Part shown: positions 12,984 through 25,582 of the stretch, in pieces
Layout of the letters: each line of letters begins with the position of its first letter
Position numbering within the stretch: the stretch's first letter is position 1
Source: Bispira polyomma
Taxonomy: Eukaryota
NCBI GenBank assembly: GCA_965649765.1
Contig: OZ287755.1
Span: 54,498,001 to 54,562,000, forward strand
DNA length: 64,000 nt
Reading direction: 5' to 3'
Position numbers and translations under genes: made by a program
The notes under the pieces: generated by a model
The model's input: only the letters and a program-made list of their open reading frames with translations
The model's database searches: none
What the model was told of the DNA's origin: nothing

Positions 12984-15588
12984 ATGCAGGTAGCACATTT
13001 TAGCAAAAGGCAAACTTTACATTGTTTACACCACACACAGTATCACACATACAGAAGGTAAAGCAATGCCCGGCTCACATTTTTTATTTCCTTGCTGTTG
13101 TATTTTCCAAGTGACTGGCAAGGTCAAAAAGGCACTCATCAGTTTTACTTATCAGTCTAATCTTCTGTGAAAATGTCACCTCCCGGGTTTGTGACAAGTC
13201 TCCAATGTCAATGTCATTAAGCATTAGTAGTTATAGTCACCACGATTCTGCTCTAACCATACTCAGTTAGCAACTGAGAAGGGGGTCCACAAAAATTGTT
13301 GCACTTATTCATCTTATGGTCAAAAACTACCTAATCAATTGCAAGCTTAACCTAAAAACTCAAGCTAAGATTTAACGTATCCACATTCTCTGGCTACTAG
13401 TTAGTCAGTGAAGTAAATGTAAAATATGACTGCGTCTTTAAATTCAGTACGAAAATCTATTTTTTACATTGAATGGTTATATATAACATAATTAGCCTTC
13501 ATTTGAGTCGAGTATGAGATTAAGTTTGTTTGGAAAAAATGGGGCCTATTTTTTTTCTGCATTACTACTTAACAATAATAATCCATTCTTAACTAAAAAC
13601 CAAATTCTAGCTGCCCTTTATGTGTATACAGCTGTGAATATTTGCAGTTATTCCTAAATTCTGATGATTGTATTTGACATCCTCAAACATAAAAACTACA
13701 AAACTCCATTCCTATAGTTTTATCTGTAACCAATTCAAACATTAACCTTCATCAAAACTTGCATCATCCACATAAACGATCGTTGATTGCCATTCCAAGT
13801 GGTGCAGTGACATAAATCACAGTAACCAAGAAAACACTTCCTTTCATAAAAAATCTTGTTTTTGACTGATTCCGATTTATTTCATATGTTCTTCAATGAC
13901 AATAGTCACGGTCACACAATTTTAAACACGTGTTGGAAGTTATTTAATTTTGCCTCGTTCCAAACATTGTATTTTGAGAAATTTTGCTCAAACAGTCAGT
14001 TGTGTGTACTGCAAAAAAAAAAACACTTTTTTAAACAAACAAAAAATATTTATCATCATCTTATTTCCAGCTGATTCAAGATTTGCTTTTAGAAAAATTA
14101 AAATTACCTTTTTTCACATTCCATGTGTTTAGGCAATCAATAGTTAATTACACATACCAATTGGTTTTCTGCAGCGCACAGACAGAAGCCATGTATCTTT
14201 GTGTGTGTGTATATAGGAGCCAAATATTTCCAGTTTAACACTTCCCCAACAATAGGTGTATATTGTGACCTAACCTCCCTACTCTAATGCCTCATTCACA
14301 CGGCACCGATTACAGATTGATCAACGAATTCAGAAATTATAATGCACAAAACCAAATTTTATACACTTGTAATATGCACACAGTCAGAATATTCGTCCGA
14401 ATTTATGCACTACTGTGTCACGTTTTTCTTATGTTATGACATCATATTTACCGTTAAATTTTGGTGGATTGACGAGATCAGTAATCTTCCTCAACAACTT
14501 GTGTGCAAATTAGATAAAAAAGGATTTGTGCAACTTTTGATCCTGACCGAATTTCTAGATCAAAATATTCCCGACTCGGCGCACTGTGAATGCCCACAAC
14601 TACCGTCAAACTATTCACCTTTATTACTGTTTTAAGTGATAAAGACAGACACAGTCACTTAATTATTACAAGTTAACCCTATCAGTTATTACCTCTGACC
14701 ATACTAGCAGTATTATAGGTTTCTTCATGTTTTTTTACCTTAAAACTACAACAGAATGCAATAGAATTGCCTCCGTTTGTTTAATACACAGCAACAAAAC
14801 CCCCCTGTGACTTAAAACAAAAAACACACCCTGCTTCCAATCTGAGTAGAAGAACATATACTTTTTAGTTAAAGTCACAAATCGATGGCATTTGGAGGGC
14901 AGGGGAGAGAGAGGGGGAAAGACAATGTCTCAGCCATATTTCCTCCACACTGTCCAACTGTTCACACCTCCTGTTTCTTGTATCCAACAATCCTCCCCCA
15001 CTTTCCCCATTAATATCACTATTTTTCTTTATTCCCAGAGAATCTAAATCATCCAAATACCACCCCCTTACATTTTATATGAAAAAAGAAACATCCCACC
15101 TCAAAACTTCTCAAGCAGTGTAAATATATAGTAGTGTAAATAAATATGTAGATAATCCCGTTTCACTGCACGCCAGCCCAAAAAAACCAAACAATAGTGG
15201 TCTTTTAAAAAAGACAGTGGCGCACAGTGTGACTGAACACCACTCAGTTTGGCCAGGTCGATTGCTTCTAACCAATCCATGAGGTCGTTACATATTATTT
15301 TGAAACATGACGGCTGTGCCTGAAAAATATAAATCTGTCACCCCTTAGTTTCACCAGGTGAATTGCTTTTAACCAATCCATGAAGGCGTTACATATTTCC
15401 AAACATGGCCGCGCCCTTTTCGGAATAAAATCAACATCAGACTGATCCTGATAAAAAAAACCAGTTGCCTGCTAACAACAATCTATTTTAATGCTACCTA
15501 AGACAGATACTTTGAGTCCTTGAGGGGACAGAGGCAGTTTAAGCCATTAGTTCAAAGCTCTGGGTGAATCCCATACCACTCCAATGGA

Positions 15589-15818
15589 TAGAGTAAGGAA
15601 TCTGAAATTTGCCACTGTATATGAAATTCGCCACCCCTAAAATTGAAGCCAAAACAATCAAAAACTGGGCGAAACTTAACTGGAATTTAGGTAAGTAAGG
15701 CAAACTAGTCACACAAATCTCAATTTCAACAAATATTACCTACAATTATACCAAAAACACACCATTTTCTGTGTGGCGAATTTCAGAAACAGTAGCGAAT
15801 TTTAGATTATTTACTCTA
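15589..15818. mobile_element. MITE, about 230 bp, TIR agagtaaggaatct...agatt(cc)ttactct
   Basis: Terminal inverted repeats with TA flanks; further copies near 12764, 38429 and 43141. Confidence 0.7.
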
Positions 15819-16141
15819 TAAACAGGCCAGGGAGTAAAAAATACCAGCAAGGTGTCACACAAACAGGAATCCATGCCAGATTCTTCACTTTATAAGGGTC
15901 TATTGTCTACACAGGACATCTGAGAAGGGGATAACAATTTTATCCCCATTTTTATTCATTCTTTCCCCGGCATCCCTCCCCCACTTTTTTATATTTCTAC
16001 GTAAAGCCACAATAATTTTTCATCAACACTCAGGGAATATTGAAAAGGGCAACACTTAAGGAGATGGGTTTTCCTTGCATTCTATAAAAAGAGGCATTAT
16101 TTATCAGGTAATTTAGGATTCTGCTGATACTCCTAACTTAA

Positions 16142-16351
16142 CCCTTTCGACTCGAAGAGAAAACTATCGCTGGGAACGGGAGGAAATTTTTTTCTAAAGA
16201 AATAGGTCACTCAGATAGCTGGATTCACTAAAACACACATTATCAAGACCACTTCCGGCATTTAATAAAGGCCTCATGTATAATTTTTTAAACAGGGAAA
16301 GTCTGCTAAGGTACTGCCAGAGGTTAGTCGAAAATCTAGGTATCAAAAGGT
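16142..16351. mobile_element. piggyBac-like MITE
   Basis: TTAA|ccctttcga...tcaaaaggt|TTAA; the TIR is imperfect. Confidence 0.45.
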
Positions 16352-17473
16352 TTAACCTTCATATCTGTCTGGTTGGAAACTTGATACAAAAATCTTCTAT
16401 CATTCAGACGGCTATGAACTGATATCATTATATTGTATTTTGCATTTTTAACTTTTGTGCTTCATTGCTGCGAGGCATCGTTTAAAACTCAACAACAGAA
16501 TCAATTAACCGATCGAGAAGTCCAACAAATATAGCCAAGGTTGCAATTATGTAATGAAAATTTAATAGGCCATCAATCAATCAATCGATCGGGTAACCAT
16601 GTGCTTAATCTCCTACTGCCCATGACATCAATTAAGCTTTAAATATGGTGACAAACATTAAACCACTTAGCATTAAGATAATTTTTATTGAAAGCCCTAT
16701 TTCAATTGGGTGAAAGACATTGTATTGTTTGACATAAAATAATGTATATTTTTTACATCACCAAGTCTATCTTTAGTTAACCTCTATTTTTCCCCTCGTA
16801 ATTTTGTTAAGGGTTTTAAATATGTGGCAAATTTGAAATTTCTTACTGTACTGTACAGTTATTGCCATCTTTCTCCTTCACATAAGCAAAAAAATCCAGT
16901 CTGTTGTATTTGTCACAACATTCACAGAATGTCAAACCCATATTCTTTTCTTTCATTACTTCTCACACTTGTTCTTTGATCTTCTTCGTAAGACACTTAT
17001 TTGCATTAAATGGATACAAAACCCATTCCTCCTCTTAGTCTGCCTTACAGCTGAATGTTTTACCAGAGTACAAAGCTGGGATCTTTTATTGGCTAAAGAA
17101 TTTTACTTTGAGTATAATTTCTATTAATTTTCTCTTTTTTTGTGGGGTGAGGTAGCTTGTATTTTACATGAAAGATGGGTTCGTTACATCTATATATGGA
17201 TTAGAATTTATCTCATTAGATAATACAGTACCCATATTCTCTTACAATGACACTTAAAGGTTTCAAAGCTAATTTTATATCAATTAAATTTTTGTGTAGC
17301 TTTTATTGATCCACACTATTTGTTTTTTATGTTTGAGTTTTAGAATGCCATACATGCTAACATGTGTCCTTCTTTTCAATCTTGTATATATAATTATTAT
17401 ATTATATCATGTATATATTATTGTTAATTTATTTATCTACTTATTTAGTCTTTGTTCTACATTTTGTTTGAAT

Positions 17474-17702
17474 TTAGGATTTGGTTGGGTTTTGACTCAC
17501 TTTTAACAGCTTAGGTCATATCACGACGGCCAGATTCAATAGTGGATGAAACCAGTGCTAAAGACACTGTAAACCACCGACCTACACCAAATAACAGAAA
17601 AACTTTCACACAAAAAAATAACAAACAAGATTCGAACCTACATTGGTGAGAGGCCAGTGATTGTAAAGCAGGTACTTTTAACTACTAGACCAATGCAGCA
17701 GC
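17474..17702 (-). mobile_element. SINE family A, near full length
   Basis: B box gattcgaacc, A-box remnant and ttaggtcatatcacgacggcc tail. Confidence 0.75.
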
Positions 17703-19076
17703 CCCACATTTTGTTGGAAAAATACAACAGATTTTGTTTCATTAGAATTTGTGCATATTTTCCTTGTCTGACTGTAGGTTCATAAAATACAAGCTGGCAG
17801 ATGCTTTAAATACAAAATGATTACGACACACAACCATGGTAAGAAATAAGAATATATTTTGGGAGAACTGAAATAAGTTCATCAAATCAAAATATCTCTA
17901 TACAATGATGGCGGGTTATTCTCTAATAAAATGTAACCAGGTTATATGTAAACCTTTCTTCTACATTTATGTAACAAAAGACATATTATACAGAATCTAT
18001 TGTTTAGATGAAAAACCAATTTGGGAAAACCAGATTTTAGTATTTAGCAGCCAATTTCAGCACAGAACACATTCAGTGTCTCTAGTTGTCCCAAGCTTTG
18101 AATAAATTACTGCCAAACTTTTAGCTACACAACCATATCCTTGGGACGCTGTTTGAACTGTGGCCAGACCTTTTAAACTCCCTTATAAAGTTCTTTTTTT
18201 TTTCAATCAAGGCCCTTTATCAAAAGCGTGGCCTAGGTTTGTCATCAATGTTCTTTATACATATTTCCATAAAACATAGTGTCATTTATTGCTCAGTTTG
18301 TCAATACATAGTACCTATATGCATTCTCCATTGAATGAAAAACAAAATAGGTTTCTATGTATGTATTTTAAGTAATACAAACTTTCCATTCTTCACACAA
18401 AAACCAAAAAGCTCGGCACAAAGCATTTAACATTTTCTCTGCTAGAAGGAGAATGCTGAGATTTCTCCACTATTTAATAGTCCATTGTGGATTGGTAAAG
18501 AGGCCTGCTAGTGTCTGAGATGTGATTGAATTAAGACTCTATAGGGACCACTGAAGTGCCTCCTATCTCTTTATAACACACAAAACATACTGTGTAAGAT
18601 GTCTATACTCTTTGCTGGCCCTGTAACCTTAATTAGAGTTTTGTACAATTTGAATTTGCCAAATAAAATATACCTTTTTTCCTTCTTTTAAATATTTTGT
18701 TTGAATTAAAAGACTTTTAACATGTATCGAATTTAGAATCACTAACAATATTAGGGTCCTTTACTATTTAGGAACTTTTAATAACAATGTGTTTTATTAT
18801 GTGTTTTATTATCTTTTTCCTTTTTTTCAATATAAAATTTTAGTTTTATCAATGGCAAAAGTTTACACTGTATTAAATCTTGATTTGTATTATTTTTTGA
18901 CAGTTTCATTTTGCATTAAAACATTTTTGTATTTCCTGAAGCCTATAAATTTCTTATTAATCTCATTTGAAAGAAATACAAAGTACTAATCAGAAAGAAA
19001 TACAAAGTACTGAACACAAACTGTGACAAAGATAAGTTTGAATGTTTTCAAAAACTAGCATCTCCCTTCAGTAAAT

Positions 19077-19263
19077 ACAGTAGAGCCTCCATAATCTAAA
19101 CTTCTATTATCGTAATATTCAATTTTGTTAACTCATTTCCATTCTTCCACAATTAGGTTTTTCTATTGTTTTGTACACAAGTACCTCTTCTATTTTATGA
19201 ACCTTCTATCATACGAACACAATTTCACTCTTCCAACATGTTCGGATATTAGAGGTTCTACTG
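19077..19263. mobile_element. Tc1/mariner-pogo-like MITE (TIR cagtagaacctc, TA TSD)
   Basis: TA|cagtagagcctc...gaggttctactg|TA. Many relatives near 12110, 20263, 24809, 29511, 41273 and 63655. Confidence 0.7.
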
Positions 19264-19332
19264 TATAACTGCAGAATACAACAGCTAATACTATGTCATA
19301 ATTTGACACACTGACTGTGGTATATAGGATTT

Positions 19333-19861
19333 ACCGGTTCCGCTCTCGATATCGCCCATGTTCACGTAAGCGCCAATCCCCAACTTTTCAAATATTACAG
19401 AAAAAAGCCAATTATTTTTGCAAATAACGTATCATATAAGAACAAAAATCATAAACAAAGTATCATAAATCAATGTTTTTATATGCAAAACTTTGCAAAA
19501 CATACCAGTTTAAGGTAACCTAAATACTAAGAAACCATCGATTTGCGCTTCCTGTTTACACTGCGAATTTCTCACCTGGGAGCACCTGTAATTTTTGGTA
19601 CACAGTATGTTTTTACTTAATGACAGTTGGAGATAAAAACAACAATATGGGGCTGTTCTTTCGCAAGGAATTGTATGGATTTGTTGATTATTCTATTTCA
19701 CAGATCAAATGGGTGAGTTTTATGTACTTTATGTCATTTTATAGTGTTTATACGGATTGAAGTGAAAAACGAGTTCACGGAAACACCCTTGTTCTCGGAA
19801 ATGCCCACAATCCATTTCTTTGAATTTTCGTCGTTTTCACCCCTGGGCTGAGCAGAACCGG
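19333..19861. mobile_element. Non-autonomous DNA element with TIR ccggttc(c/t)gctc
   Basis: TA|ccggttccgctc...gagcagaaccgg|TA. Confidence 0.55.
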
Positions 19862-19904
19862 TAATTATCATTGTAGGTTAATGTGGCATCTCCTCTATTT
19901 TTAA

Positions 19905-20208
19905 CCTTGATTTAGTCACTCAATATTGAGTGTTACTCAAACTTTAGTTTTGGTGAATTACTGTGACCTTTAGCATTTGGTCACTTACTTTGGATTCAGA
20001 TATATTATTGATCACTCACTGTGTCATCAGCTTTAGTGTTGGTCACTTTCTGTGGCATTAAATCTGGCATTAGTCAATAACTGTGGCATCGGATATTGCA
20101 TTGGTCACTTACACTGGCATCAGATATGGTATTGGTCATTCGGTCACTTACTGAAGCATCAGATAGGGCATTGGTCAAAGATTGTGGCATCAGATGTAGC
20201 ATTTAGTT
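19905..20208. repeat. Degenerate tandem repeat of about 31 bp (cattggtcacttactgtggcatcagat)
   Basis: Repeated ttggtca..tggcatcag motifs. Confidence 0.7.
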
Positions 20209-20214
20209 ACTCAC

Positions 20215-20246
20215 TTGCTTGATTCTAGTGTGACAGCACGCGCTGC
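20215..20246 (-). CDS. Candidate 32-nt micro-exon (GSACCHTRIKQ), phase 1-0
   Basis: ccAG|...caa|GTGAGT. It exactly restores frame between the phase-1 donor at 20471 and the phase-0 exon at 9974. The polypyrimidine tract is weak. Confidence 0.45.
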
Positions 20247-20262
20247 CTGGTGTCATTATTGT

Positions 20263-20445
20263 ACAGTGGAACCTCTATTATCCAAACATGTCAGGGAGAG
20301 GTTGTTTTTTTTTCTTTATTATAGAAGTTACACACGAAATACAAGATGTATTTTAGTACAACACATTTTAGGAAAAGCCTAAATTCAGTTCATAAAACTG
20401 AGTAATATTTGGATAACAGAAGTTCGGATAATAGAGGCTCGTCTG
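20263..20445. mobile_element. Tc1/mariner-pogo-like MITE
   Basis: TA|cagtggaacctctattatccaaac...tcggataatagaggctcgtctg|TA. Confidence 0.65.
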
Positions 20446-20470
20446 TATTGATTAGAGTAGAGTGAATCAC

Positions 20471-20567
20471 CTACTGGCTCTAAGACTTGTCTCTCCAGTT
20501 TTAACCTCTCCTTTGCTGCTCGCTTGATGATATTCTCCAACTCCTGTAATTCCATTGGCTGCTGGAT
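20471..20567 (-). CDS. RIMBP2: RIMS-binding protein exon (IQQPMELQELENIIKRAAKERLKLERQVLEPV)
   Basis: Acceptor cttttgtgacAG. Overlapping donors end the exon at 20475 (phase 0) or 20471 (phase 1). Resembles the recalled RIMBP motif L..L.RE...E.LRLQRQI. Confidence 0.8.
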
Positions 20568-21695
20568 CTGTCACAAAAGGTTATATATACAATGTAGTTC
20601 AAAACGAGACTAATAAACTTGATGCGTGACCGTGAAATAAAAAAAAAAATTATATATACAATGTACTATATATACAGTCCATTGATTGATTGGGGTATTA
20701 ATGTCGCTTTCAACACATTGTATAGGACGACAAGAAGTTTTACTGGTGGGGGAAAGCAGTGCACATTAGTTCATCAAAATTCTACAATGTAAACCACGAG
20801 ACATCAGCAAGGAACTGCCAACTTTCGTACATAAAGCCACAACCAAGATTCGAACCTACAACGCTAAAGGTAGGTACATATACACTCGGTCAAATCTCCC
20901 AATAAAGACTCCTTATGAGAAAGTATAAAATCTGGTTATTACACACAGGTGTTCTTTATACATAGGTTAAAAATGAGGAAAACCTTCACAAAGGGTATTT
21001 TAATTGGTGGTCATAATATTATATTAGGCAATTCCCTCAACACAGGTTACTGAGCGTGTTTAACTTTATATACAGTAGAACTTTGGTCACGTGAACATAT
21101 TGGAAGAAGATCTTGTTCAGATAAATTCAATGTGTCATTAAAATATAAGAGGGATTTCTGTGTAAAACAAGAGGTAAATGAAATATTTGTGGGAAGATTA
21201 GACATGGGTTCCTGAAGCTCTAACCAGGTGAAAACGGACCTGATGTGTTACCATAGTAAGAGCTAATAGTTCTGCATAACTATTGTAGGTGTCACTTTGG
21301 CAAAATGGACTTAAATATAAAACAGCAATAAGATCATTTGGTACACTAAAGAGGGTTGTAAGAGGATGATAAGTGATCATCAAATTTGATCTTTTGGTTT
21401 CTGAGAGTAAACTAGGATCTGATCAAATTAAGGACAGTGCCATTTAGTACAAACAACTATTTCAGGGTGTCACACAGTAGGCCATGGTAAATGGTATCAT
21501 AAGCTGTTGAGATATCTAGAAGGGCGAGGGCTACATTTTCATCCCAATCCAAGGCAAGGTTTACGTCAACACTGATAGAAAGGAGGGCACTTTCTGTGGA
21601 ATGCAACTTTTTGTAAGCAGACTGGTGGGAGTTAGCAAGATATATGTTTTTTAAGGTGTCATAGATTTTAAGGGCTTTCTGACTTAGTAACTTAC

Positions 21696-21881
21696 CTGAG
21701 GTACATAACTGTGTGCTGTAGTGGTCAGTTGAGTGGTCAGCTGTTCACACTTGTGTCTAAGAACGTCCAACTCCCGCTCTTTCTCTGCCATCTTCTGACC
21801 ACTGTCCGAGAGCTCACGTACCCGCTGTCTGGTAAACGACTTACGCACAGACTCACCCTCCTGACCCAGTGACTCCCGTCT
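21696..21881 (-). CDS. RIMBP2: RIMS-binding protein exon (RRESLGQ...SFTRQRVRELSDSGQKMAEKERELDVLRHKCEQL...PQ)
   Basis: Acceptor ccccgttttaAG, donor CAG|GTAAGT, 186 nt, phase 0-0. Resembles the recalled FARQRARDL..KD.QI..L..EC.EL motif. Confidence 0.85.
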
Positions 21882-22472
21882 CTTAAAACGGGGTTGACAA
21901 ATAACAATGTAACACATCTATGCTATAAACTTCTACTATCTCAGCTTTCAATTTTATTAACTACTTTTTGAACAAAATTTCGCTACCACTGCTTTACTAA
22001 AACGATTACTAAATGGGTAAAATTGATGACACATTTTGTTTGTATTGTATTCTGGACTTGTGTGTATGTTATTTAGTGGGTGGACGATTAGACGACCAGT
22101 CGAGTAATTGTTGGTGATACTTCAAGATCGTTGTTGATCAGTCTTAATTTTATGTAATTGTTTATTCACCAAATACTGTTCCTAACTTCAACTAATAAGA
22201 TATTTTGATGTTTTAGTGTTATTTTATATAGTTTTCATGTCAAATAAAGCAATTTTTATCATTTTTATATTTGTTTTCGTTTACCGCCATGTTTACAGGA
22301 AGTAAGATAGTTTAACGGTAGACACTAAATGTTGAACGTTTGAATTCAACCAAATTTTTAACAGATCACCATATATTCGGCCCTGGATAGCAAAATGGGT
22401 AACTCAATACTTCAAACAATATAATTATGTGAATAATCAATCATCAGTCGTCAAATAAAGCAATTAATCGAC

Positions 22473-22776
22473 CAGGGGCGTAGCTACCATTAACGCCAGT
22501 ACGCCCTGGCGTACCAATTTAATGACAAGAGAAAAAAAAAAAATTTAAAAAAAAAAATTTGAAAATAAAAAAAAAAAAAAAATTTAAAGTCTTTTTTATT
22601 CTGTTTGTTTTAGTAGTACCATCGATTCATGTTATTAAATAATGTTTGTTTTACCAAAATATTATGTTGTCGCACACCCCGCCCGCCACGAAATGAATAT
22701 TTGGTAGGACAAAAACTAACCTAATATATTGGTTTAATTTGTAAGTACCAAATGAAAAATCCTGGCTACTCCCCTG
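22473..22776. mobile_element. Non-autonomous DNA transposon, TIR caggggcgtagc
   Basis: tcgac|caggggcgtagc...gctactcccctg|tcgac (5-bp flanking duplication). Confidence 0.7.
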
Positions 22777-23570
22777 TCGACCTGGAAAAAACAGGCCAAC
22801 TCTCATCCTTAATGTTCTTGTGTAACAAAAAAAAAAAATTCACGATAGCAAGTCTAAATTTATATTTTCTATTTTCATATCAGAAACCAGTTGACCAAAA
22901 AATAGATAATAAGGGAGAATTTGTCTTGAACATTGTGTACAAACTTTGAAATCAATAATTTCACATCATATCAATATTATTATGAGCTAATTTACTAAAA
23001 TTTTGCAAACCTTTTGTGGAAGTCTTTTTTCTGTTTACAGTTCATTTATTTTTCACTTATTAAGGATGAAACAAAATATTCCAATATATTTTATCATCAT
23101 TATATTGCAATACAAAATTGGAAAAGCAATATGTATTGGCACACCATTTTCACAGTAAAATCTATGAAATTCGTTCACTTTTTGGTATTCTATAAAGATA
23201 GTGTGATTTTTACAGTTTTTTAACTTTCTTATTTACAGATTCCGATTTTACTGCACAAGCTTTAGCACATGGACGGGAACTCATTTGATTTTGAAACTAG
23301 TTTTTCTTTTTGCAAATGTATTATTACGGGAATGTTATCCAATAGATTAAAATTGCAATTAGATTGGTTACCATTTTGACCCTTTTAACGTTAATTTGGG
23401 GGTGAATCTGCAATTTTGGGTGGCATGCGCATTACAATAAGAATGCACTCAAATTGATAGTGAAATATGTTTGTATAGACGTGACTCGTAGATCTTAATT
23501 TTTTTTGCTTAATTCACAAAATTTTTGCTTAAATTTAAGCGCATATGAACGTAAATGTAATCGTTGGTAC

Positions 23571-23705
23571 CTTAACATTCTGCTCCGTCTGTAGCTGTTT
23601 GGCTTTCTCCTCCAGACGGCGTGCTATTGCGGCAAGCTCTGCATTACGCTTCTTCAACTTCTTGATCTTCTCTTCTGACACTTCCTGTGTAGAGGTTTTC
23701 TTCTT
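23571..23705 (-). CDS. RIMBP2: RIMS-binding protein exon (KKKTSTQEVSEEKIKKLKKRNAELAAIARRLEEKAKQLQTEQNVK)
   Basis: Acceptor tttacatAG, donor AAG|GTacc, 135 nt, phase 0-0. Closely matches the recalled RIMBP/TSPOAP1 motif EEKV..LKRKNAELA.IA.RLEE.A..LQ. Confidence 0.9.
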
Positions 23706-23762
23706 CTATGTAAAGTACAACCAGGACAGGATGTCTTAACACTATCAGTTATATCTAGAGAG

Positions 23763-24132
23763 TAGGGATGCAACGGTACTGCCGGTATCCCAGTATTGAG
23801 ACAAAAATATTAGCCTACAGAAAGTAAATATTACTACCGGAGTTTCGAGACAATGTACATAAAATGGCAGGAGAACATCAAATTATATAAACAGATACCA
23901 TATATTCTGAAAATATAACCTGTTGTGCTACATTTTTGCAGATTTATAACCTTTATTTGCGATCTCATTAAGTGAAAACGTGTTTGTTTTGTTTGGCAAA
24001 CTCCACTTCCTGTAACATGCTGCATTCGTTTGGGGAGATACTAGAATAAATTTTCGGTATCCCGGAATGGGAACGGCTTTGCATTGATTGACGGGATTCC
24101 GACATACAGAAACTAGTATCGTCCCACCCCTA
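23763..24132. mobile_element. hAT-like non-autonomous element
   Basis: TAGGG..CCCTA termini and an 8-bp TSD ctagagag/atagagag (1 mismatch). A related end lies at about 61522. Confidence 0.6.
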
Positions 24133-24996
24133 ATAGAGAGTAAGAAATGTAAAATTCAACGCTCAGTATCTGAAAATTGAACTGGTAAATGGTTTTCTAG
24201 CTAAACGAGCGAGTCTTACTTCCTCCAATGGCCTTTTTCCTATATCGGCTTCATCTAGGCATAATATTTGGCAGATACAATTCATGACACCATTCTTTGT
24301 AATTATTTCTATACTGAATTAAGTTCCTTTGTCTAAATTTAAGCTTCTGAAGTATGATACTACTTGTATATATTGAAACTGGAAAGTAAGACAATTGGCT
24401 CAATAATGTTCCACAAACTGGTATAAGTCGATGTCATTAAGAGCCAGACTAGTTTTTCCGTAGATTTTTCTATATGAGGTACTGACATTATAGATAGCTT
24501 GGGAAATTTAAAAGGAGTACAGAATACAGACTTTTCCAATGATTATGCATGTCTAATGTGTGGGATTGTGTTAAAAAAAATTTAAATTTTTAAATATTAG
24601 TCTTAAATTCATAATGTAACACTAAAACGTCAAGATAACACTCTACCTAAATGATGTAGCCAAATCTTAATGTTATGATCATATTTAATGTGCCAATCTG
24701 CCAAATATGTCCGACACATATTGATGGACTATGTTAAATATGTCATCTGGTTGGATATTTGTACACATTAGCCTAGAGCACTGAAGGAGGGGGGGGCTGT
24801 TGTAAATACAGTGGTATCTTTATTAACCAAACATGTTTGAGAAAGAAAGATTTTGTTCGGATAATAGAAGACGCGTTTTAGTATACAAAACACCAGACAA
24901 AACATAGACTTGGGAGAGTGAAAATTTGTTCATAAAATTGAGTATATGGATAACAGAAGTTTCGATAATAGAGGTTCTATTGTAGAAGTGACCAGT

Positions 24997-25054
24997 AAGC
25001 AGTTGCTCACCAGTGTTTCGTTCTCTGACTTCAGCAGAGAGAGACCAGTTTGTT
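24997..25054 (-). repeat. Degenerate duplicate of the 3' end and donor of exon 25448-25582
   Basis: Encodes SLLKSENETL|GTGAG like the real exon, but with indels upstream. Confidence 0.75.
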
Positions 25055-25447
25055 CTATTTTGAAATATCATGTTCAGATAACAGAATCTTCATAAAATAG
25101 ACGAGACATTTTGGTATAAAGATGTTAACCCACCAATAAAACTAGTGGCCGGAACCAAGAGTAGAACCCAGGACCTTCTAATCATTAGACCAACTCCCTA
25201 AACACTAGGCCACGGTGGGGACTACGACGATTCCTCAACTGTGTTTCCTTTTTATTCTCTAACTTTAGCAGACAGACCCTTTTCTCCAAACCTCTAAGGT
25301 CTCACTATCAAAAGGAAAGATACATAAAATCATTGTGCATATTTGAAATGAGTGCATAACTCTTGTATTAAAATGTAAGGTCATATAAGTATAGGTTATT
25401 TCCATGTTACAGGAGTTACATCCCATTTTGGGGAAGCAGTTTCTCAC

Positions 25448-25582
25448 CAGTGTTTCATTCTCTGACTTGAGTAGAGAGACGCGTTTCTCCAGTTTGTTGA
25501 GCTGTGAGGTCAGTTCACTGATCTTTTTCTGTAAGACCCGCTCTTTGTCTCGACTCTCCTTCTCCTCGTGTAGACGTTTATG
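25448..25582 (-). CDS. RIMBP2: RIMS-binding protein, first common coiled-coil exon (HKRLHEEKESRDKERVLQKKISELTSQLNKLEKRVSLLKSENETL)
   Basis: Acceptor tgtatcttcAG, donor CTG|GTGAGA, 135 nt, phase 0-0. Joins the next exon to give the recalled ..LK.EN..L.K...EEK signature. Confidence 0.85.
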
